DNA of 63,669 nucleotides, counting the filler, from Dimorphilus gyrociliatus (taxonomy: Eukaryota; Animalia; Annelida), in NCBI GenBank assembly GCA_904063045.1. It is 3 parts of 3 records of this genome, joined end to end, with 100 filler letters (N's around TTAATTAATTAA, not from the genome) between each part and the next. Parts side by side here need not be neighbours in the genome. Positions count along the whole stretch, not along the records: positions 1 to 26,109 come from CAJFCJ010000091.1; positions 26,210 to 54,521 come from CAJFCJ010000068.1; 1 more part is not named here. The stretch is one strand, 5' to 3'. The stretch's first letter is position 1. Each line of letters opens with the position of its first letter. Of this stretch, positions 21,334-33,989 are shown in pieces. The notes beneath the pieces were generated by a model. That model saw nothing but the letters and a program-made list of their open reading frames with translations. It had not been told where the DNA came from and did not search any database. The position numbers and the translations under genes are program-made.

Positions 21334-23250
21334 GAGATGCAGTAGTTAACCCTCCTGTATTACAACTACCTGATTTTGCTAAAGATTTTCACTTAACAAC
21401 AGATGCATCGAATGTAGCTGTAGGAGGAGTTCTTGAACAAGTTTATGTAGATGAGAATGGGAAGAAAACAATGAAACCCATTGCCTACGCTTCAAAACAA
21501 TTCAACAATAATCAAATGAAATATGCAGCCTATCAAAAGGAAGCATTTGGTGTTTACTGGGTTGTAAAGAAATTTTTACATTACCTTCAAGACAAGCCAT
21601 TCTTTTTATATACTGACCATCAGAGTCTAGTACAAACATTTAAGCAAAACAAATTGAATGTCAGCACAGCAAATGGGTCATGGCTTTAATGGATTTAAAA
21701 TTTACAATTAACTATGTGACAGGACGAAAAAATAGAGCAGATGCATTAACAAGATTAGAAGAATATACACCCCAAGGAAAGTAAATTTGAAGAGCTAATT
21801 CATGGAAAGATCAAAAAGGAGAATTCTCCCTCTATTTCAGTTAAAATGGAACAGTATGAACATACACCAGAGTTAACTTTTGTAGCTACAGTGATAACAG
21901 TGAAGAGAAAATTGATTTGTCTTCTGTTGACTTACAGTCAGAGCAAGAAAAAGATGTGAATTTAAAATCAATTAAAGAATATTTAACATTGGATGGTCAG
22001 CTACCTATTCCTTATTTTGGAACTTTTACACCTTTCATAATGGAGATGTTTGTTCACAAGGAAATGATCTGGATTATCCTTGAAGAAAGAAACATTCTGG
22101 TTTTACCTGACCATTGATGCTAACTCTGCTCCCTAAATTCCATAAAAATAAAATTCACAATCACCATGGACCCAGAATGACATTACAAATAATTACAAAG
22201 ACCTTTTGGCACCCAAATTAAAGATTATGATTGAGAATTCAATAAAGGATTGCACTTTGTGTGAACAAATGAATGGTAGGAGTAGAGTATACCCTTTGGT
22301 AGAAACCTTTCACCCTGCATCACCAATGGAGTTGGTAGCCATGGATATAATGGGACCCTTACCCATGGTTAAGTCATACAGATTCATACTTGTGATAGTG
22401 GATCATTTCAGTAGATACACAGTTTTATATGCACTCAAACAGCAAACAGTAAAGAAATTGCAAACCTTCTTTTCAACAGATTTTTTCCCATTTTTGGAAT
22501 TCCAAACAAATGTTGACAGATCAAGGAAGAAACTTTGTTGGTAAAGCTTTTAAAGAGTTTATGAAGGTATTAGGTATTGAGAAATCAAACACAGCTTATA
22601 GAAGCCAGAGCAATGGACTAGTTGAACGAAGAAATAGAGAAGTGAGGAAGGAAATCAATAAATTAGTGGTGGAAGAAAATCAGCATAACTGGGTTGCAAA
22701 CCTACCTTGATTCAAGCATTTTTGAATCAATCACCTGTAGGAAGTACAAGACTACCACCCAGGAACTTCTTTTTGGCACCAGCAAAGAACTGATTGATGT
22801 AACAATGCATACTACTCTCCTGAAACAAATGTACTATTTGTATTCAATCACCAGCAGCAATTGTACAGTTAAGAGCTACAGCCTTCTGTAAATCCATCAT
22901 GGCAAAAGAACAATATAGGGAAAGAAGAATAGAAATCTCAATCTTCCAAATATTTTGAGGTTGATGATGAGTATTCTTAAGAAATGATGCTGCAAGAATT
23001 GCAATAACAAAAATCCCTTCTTTAAAATGGTTAGGCCATACCGAATAACAAAAGTCAATCATCAAAAGTGGATATATGAAATACAAATGGATGATAATAC
23101 ATGCAAGTTGGTACATGGTAGCAGATTAAGACTAGCCAATGAATCTAATAAGTTGGAAACAGGGAAAGAAGCAACAACAATCTTTCACCTTGTGGAGAAG
23201 GAAATAACACACCTCCAATATCTTTCTCAGGTAGAAGGAAGAAATGACTT
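21291..23250 (+). pseudogene. RNase H and integrase, multiply frameshifted
   Basis: TDASNVAVGGVL, AYASK, LYTDHQSL, H..H..CTLC, VAMDIMGPLP, LTDQGRNFV, SNGLVERRNR, RPYRITKV...VHGSRLR. Confidence 0.92.
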
Positions 23251-23254
23251 CCAT

Positions 23255-23580
23255 TCCGTTTGAAGAATCAAAAAGGCCAAGAAGTCATTGCCTTGTGTGA
23301 CACAGGAGCATTGAGATCCTTTATTACTGAAAAAGAAATCAAGTTAATGGATGTTACAATTATGGATAAAGAACAATTGGCTTACCAATTATAACTTCAG
23401 CTGATGGGAAAGCTTTAAAGCAAAAAGGAAGCGTAAGCTGAATATCCAATTTGCTGGAGAAAGTATGGAAAAGAATTTATAGTTATGGAAAATCTAGACA
23501 TAGCAATAATACTTGGTTGTGATTTCCTACAAACTGTGGGAGCAAACCTCAATTTTGAAGCTAAACAGTGTTCTCTCAAA
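23255..23580 (+). pseudogene. Second retropepsin-type aspartic protease downstream of integrase
   Basis: EVIALCDTGALRSFITE...ITSADGKALKQKGSV.LNIQFAG...VMENLDIAIILGCDFLQTVGANLNF has both the D-T-G catalytic motif and the ILGxDFL motif. Small frameshifts. Confidence 0.88.
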
Positions 23581-23895
23581 TTTGATAGAAGGAAAGGGAA
23601 CCTGGCTGAAAGAATAAGGCAACCTCAACTAAACAAAGTCACTATAGCCATGATGGGACAGCATGACTCTTCATCAGAAAGTCAGATAGTGATGACTCAG
23701 AGATGGAAGTTACTAATTCTGATACTGGTTATGACACAAGCAATACTTTCAAAACAGACAGTAATTACAGTCTCAATGAACCTTCAAGCTCATCTGAAAG
23801 TGATGACACAGAAACAAATAATGAACTGGATCAAAATACAGATTCAGAGGCAAACATTATCTCTGATAGAGAAGATGAAATACTAGTTCAGACAT

Positions 23896-23997
23896 GAGTC
23901 AATAATTATTGAAAGCGAAATTATTGATATAACCCATTCTGATAATGAGTCAATAATTATTGAAGGTGAAATTATTGACATAACCCATTCAGATAAT
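23896..23997 (+). repeat. 51-bp tandem duplication in the acidic spacer
   Basis: Two copies encoding ESIIIE(S/G)EIIDITHSDN. Confidence 0.85.
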
Positions 23998-24227
23998 GAG
24001 TCCCTCATAGTGGTAGATTCATCCCAAGATGAGAAAGAAAATACAAGTGATACAGACAATGAGTCAGTCATATTTTTAGATGAGACTAAAATCATCTCTG
24101 AACAATTAGATTCCCACAAGAAGTGGAACCACAATATATAGAGTTAGAAGATGGAATAACTATCAGAGTGGAACAACAACACAAAATTTTCAACCATTCA
24201 ACTATAGCCAACACAGGAAGAGCTAAC

Positions 24228-26100
24228 ATGAAACAGATGTTGTGGCTTCCACTAGTGATGACTGTAATGGTGATCTGTGGCTGCATCCACTCAATAACAG
24301 TCCAAAACCATCCTACCAAGGTGCACATGTTACAAGTGCAACATTACCTTAACATTTAAACCACCATTATACTTTTGTTCTAACAACTACCAAGCCAGGC
24401 ATTTGATCTAGCAGATGAGCCAACTTGTAATATAGATCACAAGAACCAAGACAATTACAGCTGATATCTATGAATTGAACTTGGAAGAAATTGAAACAAG
24501 AGCAGTAAAATGTCAAGTGTATCTAAGAACTAATTTTTACACTTACTATTTCTTTGGAGCAAGAAGAGGAGAATTGTTAACTCAGTTATAAAGTAACTCA
24601 TGATCAATGCAGACAGATGGTAAAAGACAAACGATCTTTTCAAGGAAAACCTTTAATGGTGAAAAGAAACACTTGGATCCACCAAGATCAGTTTCCTGCT
24701 GCCTACACATGGCCAACAACTACCAAGGTGCTGGAATACACCACAATTATCCAGTTTGGCAAAGCATATTGGCAACCTCCTAATATGAAAATTACAACTA
24801 ATCTGGACTACCTGGAAGATTGTTTAACCAGGGCAGTCCTATTGTGAGACAGAAGAGGCAATTATTGTCTTTAGAACCTCAAGAATAATTACCACTTGGG
24901 CAACAATACCATGGATAAATTAGCAACAGAATTAGTTGTATCAAATTTGCTGGTCACTATTCTTGTCCAGGGTATTCTATTCTGGACATCCTTATCAAGA
25001 TAAGTTTATTGATGGAATTGGTGGTCCTGGAACAAAAGTATAGTACCACTGGAGGAACAGAGTTTAATACAGGAAACAAGCAAGGAACACTATACATTTG
25101 CTACAATATCAGAAGATTGGCAAAAATGAAGAAAAACGACTATTAAACTATCCCAATAAGTTAAGAACAATTATACTATACAAGCGAAACAACCCTTACC
25201 AAGTCTTAACCAATGGTACAGAGAAACAAACACAAAGTATAAACTAATGAGAAATAAAGGCACACTCAAGGAAGTTGTGATATATCATCTACAACAACCC
25301 ATTAGTCCATCTTACTGGGAGCTGGATAACTATTATATCCAAGAAATGCTGCAAGCAGTCAATTGGACAAGGGCAACAAGACAATCTGTTACGATTTCAA
25401 AATAGTATACAGTGAGAAAAGAATCAAAAAGAAGGTATTACCAACATTGGGCATATGGTATAAAGGACCACCAGCCAGAGAATTTAAGATTACCTATGAA
25501 GGAATTTATTTTACTCTACACATGAGAATGGCTAAAAAGCAGATGAAGAAGGAAGCAAAACTGAAACATAAGATAAGTAAAAACCCATACCACAAATTCC
25601 CATTGGAAATGAGAGAAGCTGCCCAAACATCTACCTTACTACATGGTATTGATTCAAATTTTAAGAATTTAAAAAGTTTACCCAACAGCTGTCAAGTCTT
25701 CTCTGCAATCAATTTGTTCAAAGAAGCAGAATGATGGCATTACTAGCAAATTTGGATCCTCAATTGACCACAGTGTTAACAAATGAGTTGGGAATGCACA
25801 GTAGTCAGATGGGAGAATTAGCTATAATTAAACAATGTTCACCAATAGCCTCAACAGAAGTAGTTTGTGACTTAAGCATGATAAAAAAGAATAACAAATG
25901 TTCTCAATTTTTACTTGTCACCATGAACAACCTGCTTTTCCAAGTAGAACCAGTTACTCATGTTTTACAGCAAGTCAATCCTGAAGAGATTACCTATAAT
26001 GAGTGTAAGTCTAACAAGTTATTCTACAAAACAACTCACAACCCATTAAATCTATAAGAAACCAACCAATGAAAGACAAAACGTATGTGTATTATTCAGA
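24228..26100 (+). pseudogene. env: env-like glycoprotein, class III fusion-protein-like, frameshifted
   Basis: Hydrophobic leader MKQMLWLPLVMTVMVICGC. Fusion-module pattern CQVYLRTNFYTYYFFG...DQC...QG...TWIHQDQFPAAYTWPTT. C-terminal LANLDPQL...MGELAIIKQCSPI. Confidence 0.72.
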
Positions 26101-26109
26101 AAGAGGAAT

Positions 26110-26209
26110 NNNNNNNNNNNNNNNNNNNNNNNNNNNNNNNNNNNNNNNNNNNNTTAATTAATTAANNNNNNNNNNNNNNNNNNNNNNNNNNNNNNNNNNN
26201 NNNNNNNNN
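26110..26209. other. Artificial scaffold gap spacer
   Basis: N44 + TTAATTAATTAA (stop in all frames) + N44. Confidence 0.97.
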
Positions 26210-29200
26210 AATAATAATTCTGCAAAAAATTTCCAATGAAAATTGGAATAGAACAGATAAGTTTTTGTACTTGAAAAAAAATATTAATGGTGTGAAAGCA
26301 ATGATGAATGACAAGAGACTATTAAAGAGAATAATTAGTAAATTATATTGTTTTATCAGACTCATCTCAAGTGGATGTACTACAACTTGAGATCTTTCAA
26401 TTGAAATTGCCAATATACTTAGCATTGAATATATTAAGGAAAATGACATGATAGTACCAAGAGTTTTACAAAATGGACTGTGTCTCCATATCTCCTCTTC
26501 CTCCAGATATTTGTCATTGTTAAACTGATGATCAATTATACATATAGAAAATAGATAGATATTTGATAGTAGATCACTAATTAACAGGCAACATCTATAA
26601 GGTCTAGAAGCTACTTTCTTCTTTTTCATTATTATATAAAGTCCTAAGAGATTTCCAAAAAGTCCAATAATTGAAAAACACCAACTTGAAATTTTTTGAT
26701 ATTTTGAAGACATTATACTATTACAATTGATGAAAAATGGTTTTTCAGGTGAGCATAATAATTTCTTATTTGAATATTTTTCAAGTAAACAACAAATTTG
26801 AAAATTTTCTGTGATGGCAACAGTTAAATATTTCATATTTTTAAATAGATGGATTATGTTGTTCAACGGAAGAGTAGTGCCATTTAAAAATAAATATTTC
26901 AAATATATCAAATGTAAAAAACTATCTTTTTCCAAATTATTGATTTTACTCTTTGATATGATTAGAGTTTTTAGTAAAGTAAATTTTTGAAAATAAGACT
27001 GCAGAAGGTAGTTAACATTTATGTGAGAGATATCCAATATCAATAAGTTTTTAGCATCAAATTTCTGTAAAATGGCAATTGTTTTGAAGAAATTAAAAGA
27101 TAAATTTAAATTTTGAAGTAATGGAAGATGAATGTTTTTAAGGGATATAACATTCAACAATGAATTCTTTGCTAAAGAAAGTGTTACTACATTTGGAAAT
27201 TTATGCAATGAAAAGGTAAAATTTTCAAGAGCAGAATTATTTTCTATTTTGAAAATCACAAGCTGTCTTGAATTAAATGACCCTTGCCATTTAATATTTC
27301 CTTCAAATATAGATTTCTTAGTGTAATTAACAATTTCAGTTTGCAGAAGCAACTGTTGAGTAGTTTTGCATATTTGTTCATATGCAAATTTATAAATGCA
27401 TGAATCACTTTTTAGTTCTTTCATTCTTTTTACAGTACAAAATATTTCATCAGACTTTTCTTTACAATCAACAACACCATTACACACTTTATCATAAAGA
27501 ATATAATAATTTTCATTTCTACATTTGAAAAATCCTTTTTTTACATATATACCTGTTTAATTTTTCGAATAAGTAGATTACAAGAATTCAAGAAAATCAA
27601 AAATTTTTATCAATAATCTACCACAGTTAATTTCATCATCTCCTTGCAAACAATGACTTACTCCATCACAAATTTTTTCTAAGCTGATGCAAACCTTCTC
27701 CATTTTGCATTTGTATTCACTTTTCAAACATGATAATCTCTTTGAGGGCACCTTTGCATTCTTTTTATATGAATTTCTTTTATTAAGATTTTTATATAAT
27801 GTTTTTTTCTTATTGCACCTTAAGTATGGTTGTTCTGGTTTATAGATCAGGCGGCCATTTGAGTCATATATTATACGACATTCTTTAATAGCAAATTCGT
27901 TACATACACTTGTATAAGATGATTCATCACAATTTCTCTCATCAGCAGCATTTGAACAGTCCAATATATCATTACATTTAACAATATTGTTTTTACATTG
28001 CTCATCACAAGAAAATTGCTTTTGTCTATTGCAAGCTGAATAAATAAAATGTAGATAATTTTTTTTAAATGTTGGTGTGTAAATAGAAACAAACAATTTG
28101 TATATTCATTTAAAAGTGCTGTATTTTTTTTACAATGTTCATCACTTCCATCTATACAATGTGGAAAACCATCACAAACCAGTTTAATTGAAATACATTG
28201 ACCATTGTTACATCTGAAAAAAAAATGAGAAAAAGTGTTATTAATCAGTAATAATTAAGAAATCTAGAGCAAGACTCACTTGATACTATTGGAATGTCAT
28301 GGTTCCCTTTCTAATAAAACAAAATAAAACAAGTTAATTTGATATAATTTTGGTTTATTTTTATAAAAATATATTTTTACCACAATTTTCTTCATCAGAC
28401 TTATCTGAACAATCATTATGAAAGTCACAAACCAAAGCATAGCTTATTCTCTCTTTTCCATCTAGGCATTTAAAAGCAGAATCACTGTTTGAATAGTTGC
28501 AATCCAACTCATCTTCATTACTTATACAGTCATTAACACCATTGCAAACATATACAGAGTTTATATAAATTTCACTGATATTACAAAAAAATAAATGTAA
28601 TAAATCTGAATTGTTTGTCAATTTCATCGGTTTTTCTAAATCATTATATTTTTCATCTAAAATTTTTTTAAAGAATTAACAAAAGTTTAAAAAAAAAATT
28701 TCCATGAAACAAACGCTGAATCTGATGACAAACAATAAAATCTCCCTTTGAATTTATATGCTTATTAACTGTTTGATAGTCTGACTCGGAAATGCTGATG
28801 TTTTATGAAATGAGTTACTTTTTCTTCTGTAAATATTAACAACTGACCTTGGAAGATTATATCCTATCACATCAGAAGATAGCTCATATTTTGAAGGCTT
28901 TTCATCATAAACATAATCATCATAATGATAAGTTATTGAACATTTTTCATTGACATGAAAACCAAGAAGGTCTATTCCTATCACATCAATTTTGGGCAAA
29001 AGTTCTAATAAGTAATTTGTATTGGTAACTAAATATCTTTTCCCCCCTATAAATGCCATTGCTGTTGCTAATTGAAAAAAGGAAATGGTCTGATAAATTG
29101 CTTCTACAAAATCCAAGCTGTTAGCTTACTTCCCAATAACTCCAAATTATTTGTTTCTAAACCTCCAATAATTTGTCTATATTTGGCAAAGAGTATCAAT

Positions 29201-31100
29201 AGGAAGTGCTTATTAATTGTTGGTAAATCAGTGAGTGTCAGATTCAGGTTGGTACAAAATTTTTCCATTTCAAACACAGTAATATACTCTTTAGATAGAT
29301 GTACATAAAAGCATACATTATCCAACCAAACTGAATTGTTGCCTGGACATAGAGCTTTAGCTGTTGAGAAATGTATTTGATAGTATCTGCCTAATGAAGA
29401 AAATTGTAATTCAATTTACTTTTATTGCTACAAGTAATAGCAAATTGTTTCTTAAAATCAATATCATATCTAAAAATTAGATATTTTATGTATGCCATTT
29501 TAAGAAGGTGAATTAAAAAGAAAAGACCTTTTATCATTAATATTGCATTGTTGAATATTTTGAACTGTTGCATTGCAATCAATTTTAGGAAAATTCATAA
29601 AATATATATATGCTTTTTTTATCCAGTAGCCATGTGGGCTACTTATCATTCCATATTTATAATTAAATGAATTGCAGAACACACCAATTTCATATTGCCT
29701 TAATAGCTGAAACAAATATTTAAAACCATTCAAAACATAATAAATGTATCCTGATTGGTCAGTTGCTGTTTTTGTAGAGCTTATTTTATCAAAATAGAAT
29801 TTTTTTTCTAAAATCTTTTTTTTGTTTGAAAATTCATTGAATTTTTTTCCTATTAAACTACTTAAGAATATTACCTGGATCTGCTCTGTTGGCACAATTA
29901 TCTCTAGATATACATTCAGATATTCTTTTTATAAATTTAGTATGGAAATAACAATTAGTTGACCTTCCAGTTTCTGCATTATATTTACATCCGGTTAGCA
30001 GAGAGAATCTTTTATTAAAATCATAATAAGTAGATAGTTTGGCTAACTCTATTCCTGCTGTTCTATTTAAACTGTCACAAACAATTTTTGTATAGACAGC
30101 TGCATTTATAGAACTTTTTTTTAATAGTAGAGGAAAAATTCCATAAAATTTTGAAATAATCCACAATCTACAGTTGTGAGCTCCTTCCTTGTTAGCTATA
30201 CGTGTCAACGATGGACGATTTTCAAGTTTTCTTCTAAAGCTTACGAATTCTTTTGAAAAAAAACCCAGATGTTGAATATATTTCTGATGGATATTTTTTT
30301 TACCGTTTAATTCTTCATATCTACACATTAAAGACTTTTTCTTGTTTAAATCAGAGCCAATCTTAACAAGAATATCTTTCTCTTCATTTGAAATTACAGA
30401 TACTTTTGCAGATATATTTTTTACATATTTTGGAACTTTTTTGACAACAATTCCATGATTTCTACAAAGATCAATTCTGCTTCCATTTGTAATTAAATAC
30501 ACTTGATTTTTATATCTAAGAAACAATTTGAATGAGTTGAATGATACAAATTGAAGAAAAGGATCTGTAAAAGAAAAAACAAAAATTTATTAGATAATCT
30601 TATTGTTTCAGTTTTTTCTTTTTTTTTCTATTTCATTTTTCTCTTCTACATGTTGAATTCGGTTTAAAGCAAATCAAACTATTTCTTTAGTAGTTTTGCT
30701 GAAATTTTTCAAATGGTTAAAAATCTAATTTTTTATTTTGTTCTCTTATCATTTACAATTTACAGCAGGGGACATATTCCTCAATTCTAGCTGGATTTTT
30801 CTGTTGAAAAGCATTTAGAAAATATTCAATTCTGGCATGTGTAGTGTTCAAATCAAGTAGTTCTTTACATAGTAAAAATCTTCTCTCTTTCAACCAATTA
30901 AACATTCTATTATCAATTACCAAGGCATAAGCTACACCTTCCTTTTCTAAATATAATTTTCCTTTTACATGACTTTTAAAATTGTCTATAATAGAAATAT
31001 TTAAAGAAAATTCACAAGAAAGAAAAATAATGTTAAAAAAAAAGCAAAAAAAAAAGCAAAAATATTCAAAAAGATTTTTGAAAGGGAATAGAAAATACCA
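26210..31100 (-). CDS. Multi-exon GRL101/RXFP-type GPCR paralog A: signal peptide, degenerate SRCR-like domains, several LDLa, LRRs, 7TM (cut at the gap after TM4)
   Basis: LDLa motifs ([48 protein letters not shown]), LRRs, hinge QICCL...CSP, GLFGNLL, SDLLS, IERS. The first exon ends VPCCKL, like paralog B. Possible small indels in exon 1. Confidence 0.85.
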
Positions 31101-31204
31101 TTTTATTCTTTTATAAGAAAAGATATTAACCTTTTAATTTCTAATATTTTTAAAGATCAATGTTCAGTTAGAATTTCAAATGTGCTAAAAATGCTAATAA
31201 TGAG

Positions 31205-31950
31205 TTGGGGTGCGAACGTACCTGGGTGAAAACATACCTGGGTGTGAACGTACCCTATTTTTGTATTTATTTTTTTATTGAATTTTTGAAAAAATGATTT
31301 GGATATAAATTTATAAGTATGTATTTAAAAAGAGTAAATATTATACTAAAGAACAATAAAGGTTGAAAAATGATATTTATGCTGGAGAGTAGATATAGGA
31401 TGTCTGTGTTAATAAATCAATGGATATCAATTTGTTCAACTTGAAATCATCCCACAAATCAAAATTTTTTTTGGATATCAATCTACTTTTTCTTTTGATG
31501 TTTATAAACCCTTTTCTCTGACAGTAATTTCTCATAAACTGACCAATTATTTGGTTTCCATACTTTATTTTGGATCCAGTTTGTTTGGAAGTATTGCAGC
31601 AGGCCCAAATATTTATTTTTTTCAAAAAGTTCCGCATTTATACTGTTAAAAGTTGGTTGAATATTATGTGCTGGCAAGAAAGGCAGGCCATTAATTTTCT
31701 GAAATCTTTCCAATCATTTCCTTTTTCTTTGTATTTCTTTACATAGCCAAGAGACAACTTTGAAATTCAATGAGAGGATATACTTTTGATATTTCCATAG
31801 TCATTTTTGAAAATCCATTGTAATTCTTTTTGAATGAAAATCATTTATAATATTGTTGATATGCTACAAAAAAGCAACTTTATTTATCATCACTTTTGAA
31901 CAGATAATATGAAATATTTACCTGAAATGCTTGTTAGTATGCTTTGGTAT
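31205..31950 (-). mobile_element. Degenerate Mutator transposase 3' part with terminal tandem repeats
   Basis: GLPFLPAHNI...YFQTNWIQ...WSVY. Repeats gggtgcgaacgtacc / gggtgtgaacgtacc at 31208-31255. Confidence 0.75.
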
Positions 31951-32179
31951 GCTTTGAAGTCAGGAAAATAAAAACAAGAGGAACTTGCTTCATATCACCA
32001 CTCTTTTTAACAAATGAGTTGATAAAATGGTTCTTTTACAATCTTGAAAGTTCCAGGGTTAGGGTTAGGTTTAGGTTAGTTTCTTCTAATGGTCTGGTGC
32101 ACCAGGTGGACATCTCACAGCTCTCGCCTGAAGAACAGTTATATATTGATGGAAGGAGAATATAGCATATATGAAGACA

Positions 32180-32320
32180 GATGTGACAGAAAACAAATGC
32201 ATGGTTTTACCCTAACCCTAACCTAGTCCTTGTCTCTCCCTAACCTCTTTAATTTCTGCTAACCCGTAGATGGAACCCCCCCTAACTAAAAATTAATTGC
32301 TACTTCAGTCCTCCTAGTCA
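32180..32320. repeat. MITE family A copy (left two-thirds); an inverted telomere-like piece sits at 32055-32080
   Basis: gatgtgacagaaaac...ccctaaccctaacctagtccttgtctctccctaacc...agatggaacccccc matches 8220-8330. Confidence 0.75.
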
Positions 32321-33499
32321 TAAAACAATTAAAAATATATTGAATACAAAACGTGATATATTACCAGATTTTCCTCTAAGCAATTAAAATTGGAAGCATT
32401 CCAATTAATAGCAATGTCTTCATATATAATTTTCAATAATTTCCTGTCGATAAATACCCTAGTCCGTTATATTTTGATTTATTAAATGAGAACCTGTTTT
32501 TCAGCCTTGACATTGAACACACCTGTGCATTGTTAATGTTTGATATTTAATTGCAATATTTTTTGTAATTGTTTGAAACATATCAAATTCTGTTTTGATA
32601 AGAGAGACAAAAAGTTATAAATACAAATAATCCAAAAATAATAATATCAATAGGCAAAAATCAATGCCAAAGGAATCAAATTGAAACTTTACAAGCTCAT
32701 GTGACCATGCATAGCATCATTAAATACTTTCAATTAAAAAATTTCAAATTTTATATTTAAAAAGTATAGAAATCTAAGGTTAATGCTAACATATCTAAAG
32801 CTAAAATATCAGTTTTTGTCATAATCCTTTCTTTACATTTTCCTTTCATTTCTCAGAATGTTGAATTTGATTGTTTTTTCCATTCAAAAAATATAGAAAG
32901 ACATTTCCATTTAATGAACAAAGACCTTTCCTATACATTTAGTTTCCGCCATTTTGTTTGAACAAACTAATTTAGATCGTATATAGGAAAGAAAGTAATT
33001 GTAATGCTAAAAGCTAACAACTGAATGTAAAAGTATAATAATTATTATTGTTATTTTACTCAATTAAACAATAGGACAATAGGCCTATGAATGAATTTGT
33101 CATGGGGTGGATTGGGATTGCAATAAAATATTTATGCTAATGTGTAGAACAAGAGAATAGTAAACAATTAGTGATGTCATCTGAAAAACCAGGTTGTTAT
33201 AATGTGAAAAAATTTGCCCAAATTAATTTTCAATAGTACTACTTTGTTCATTTGTTCATGAATAGCTATTATTCTAAATTTTGAATAATCTACATGTAGG
33301 GCTAATTAGGTGAATTAACACCTCATTGGTTATATCTTTATTTGGTTTTGGTAAAGAAATAATTAAATGGTTATAGATTTAATTCAATGACCTTGTAGCA
33401 TGACCTAATCTAAGCCAGCCTAATTAATTAAAATAATATAATATAATTAAAGACTTTATTTTAAATGAACTTAATTTTTATTTATTAAATTTCTATTTA

Positions 33500-33930
33500 T
33501 CAGTATCATTCTTGTAAATTTTCCAATTTTTAACACATCAACCTTTTCATTATCTTCAGTTTTTAAATCAAATCTTTCATAAACTATATAGAATTGAAGA
33601 GTTTGAGCCTTAAATTTAAAAAACAAACTGTATATTTAAACATAAAAAGATCAGTTTTTGTTACATTTTGATAAATACAGTCTTTAAAATCAGGGCAAAC
33701 TGGTGAAAGATTATCAGCGTGAGCAATATCAATAGCTTTACATAATTTTCTTAAACATTTGAAATATTGATAATTTTTAAAAAATAAATGAGTTGAGTAA
33801 TTTAAATTTGTTAAAAATTGTTTATGTCGAAAATTGAAAAAGTATGATTGTAAGTAATCATTGACAAATCTTAACATTTGATTGAAACCAGTAAATCTTG
33901 CTGTTACGATAAGCATTTTTCTAAAAATAG
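33500..33930 (-). CDS. Exon downstream of paralog B TM7, possibly a cytoplasmic extension
   Basis: Strong acceptor tttttag at about 33925 and a 110-aa open frame. The link to paralog B is not proven. Confidence 0.35.
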
Positions 33931-33989
33931 AACAAAAATTAAAAATATATATATAAATATAAATTAAAATTTATTAAACTGTTCTTTCT

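Larger units (their letters stand above)
18264..26109 (+). mobile_element. Ty3/Gypsy LTR retrotransposon with extra protease and class III-like env (endogenous retrovirus-like), 3' end lost in the gap
   Basis: Ordered LTR, PBS, gag, PR (DSG 19948), RT (YLDD 20947), RNase H, IN (HHCC, DIMGP, TDQG, NGLVER, GPY-like), PR2 (DTG 23299), acidic spacer, env. Confidence 0.92.

Noticed and set aside
26154-26165. TTAATTAATTAA palindrome within Ns (also 54566-54577) and the ORF track running into it
   Set aside because: Identical N44-12-N44 design at both gaps shows a synthetic all-frame stop linker, not biology.
32945-32957. YY1-like CCGCCATTTT, and ETS-like CACTTCCGG at about 59842
   Set aside because: Short motifs with no transcription-start evidence; expected by chance or inside transposon ends.
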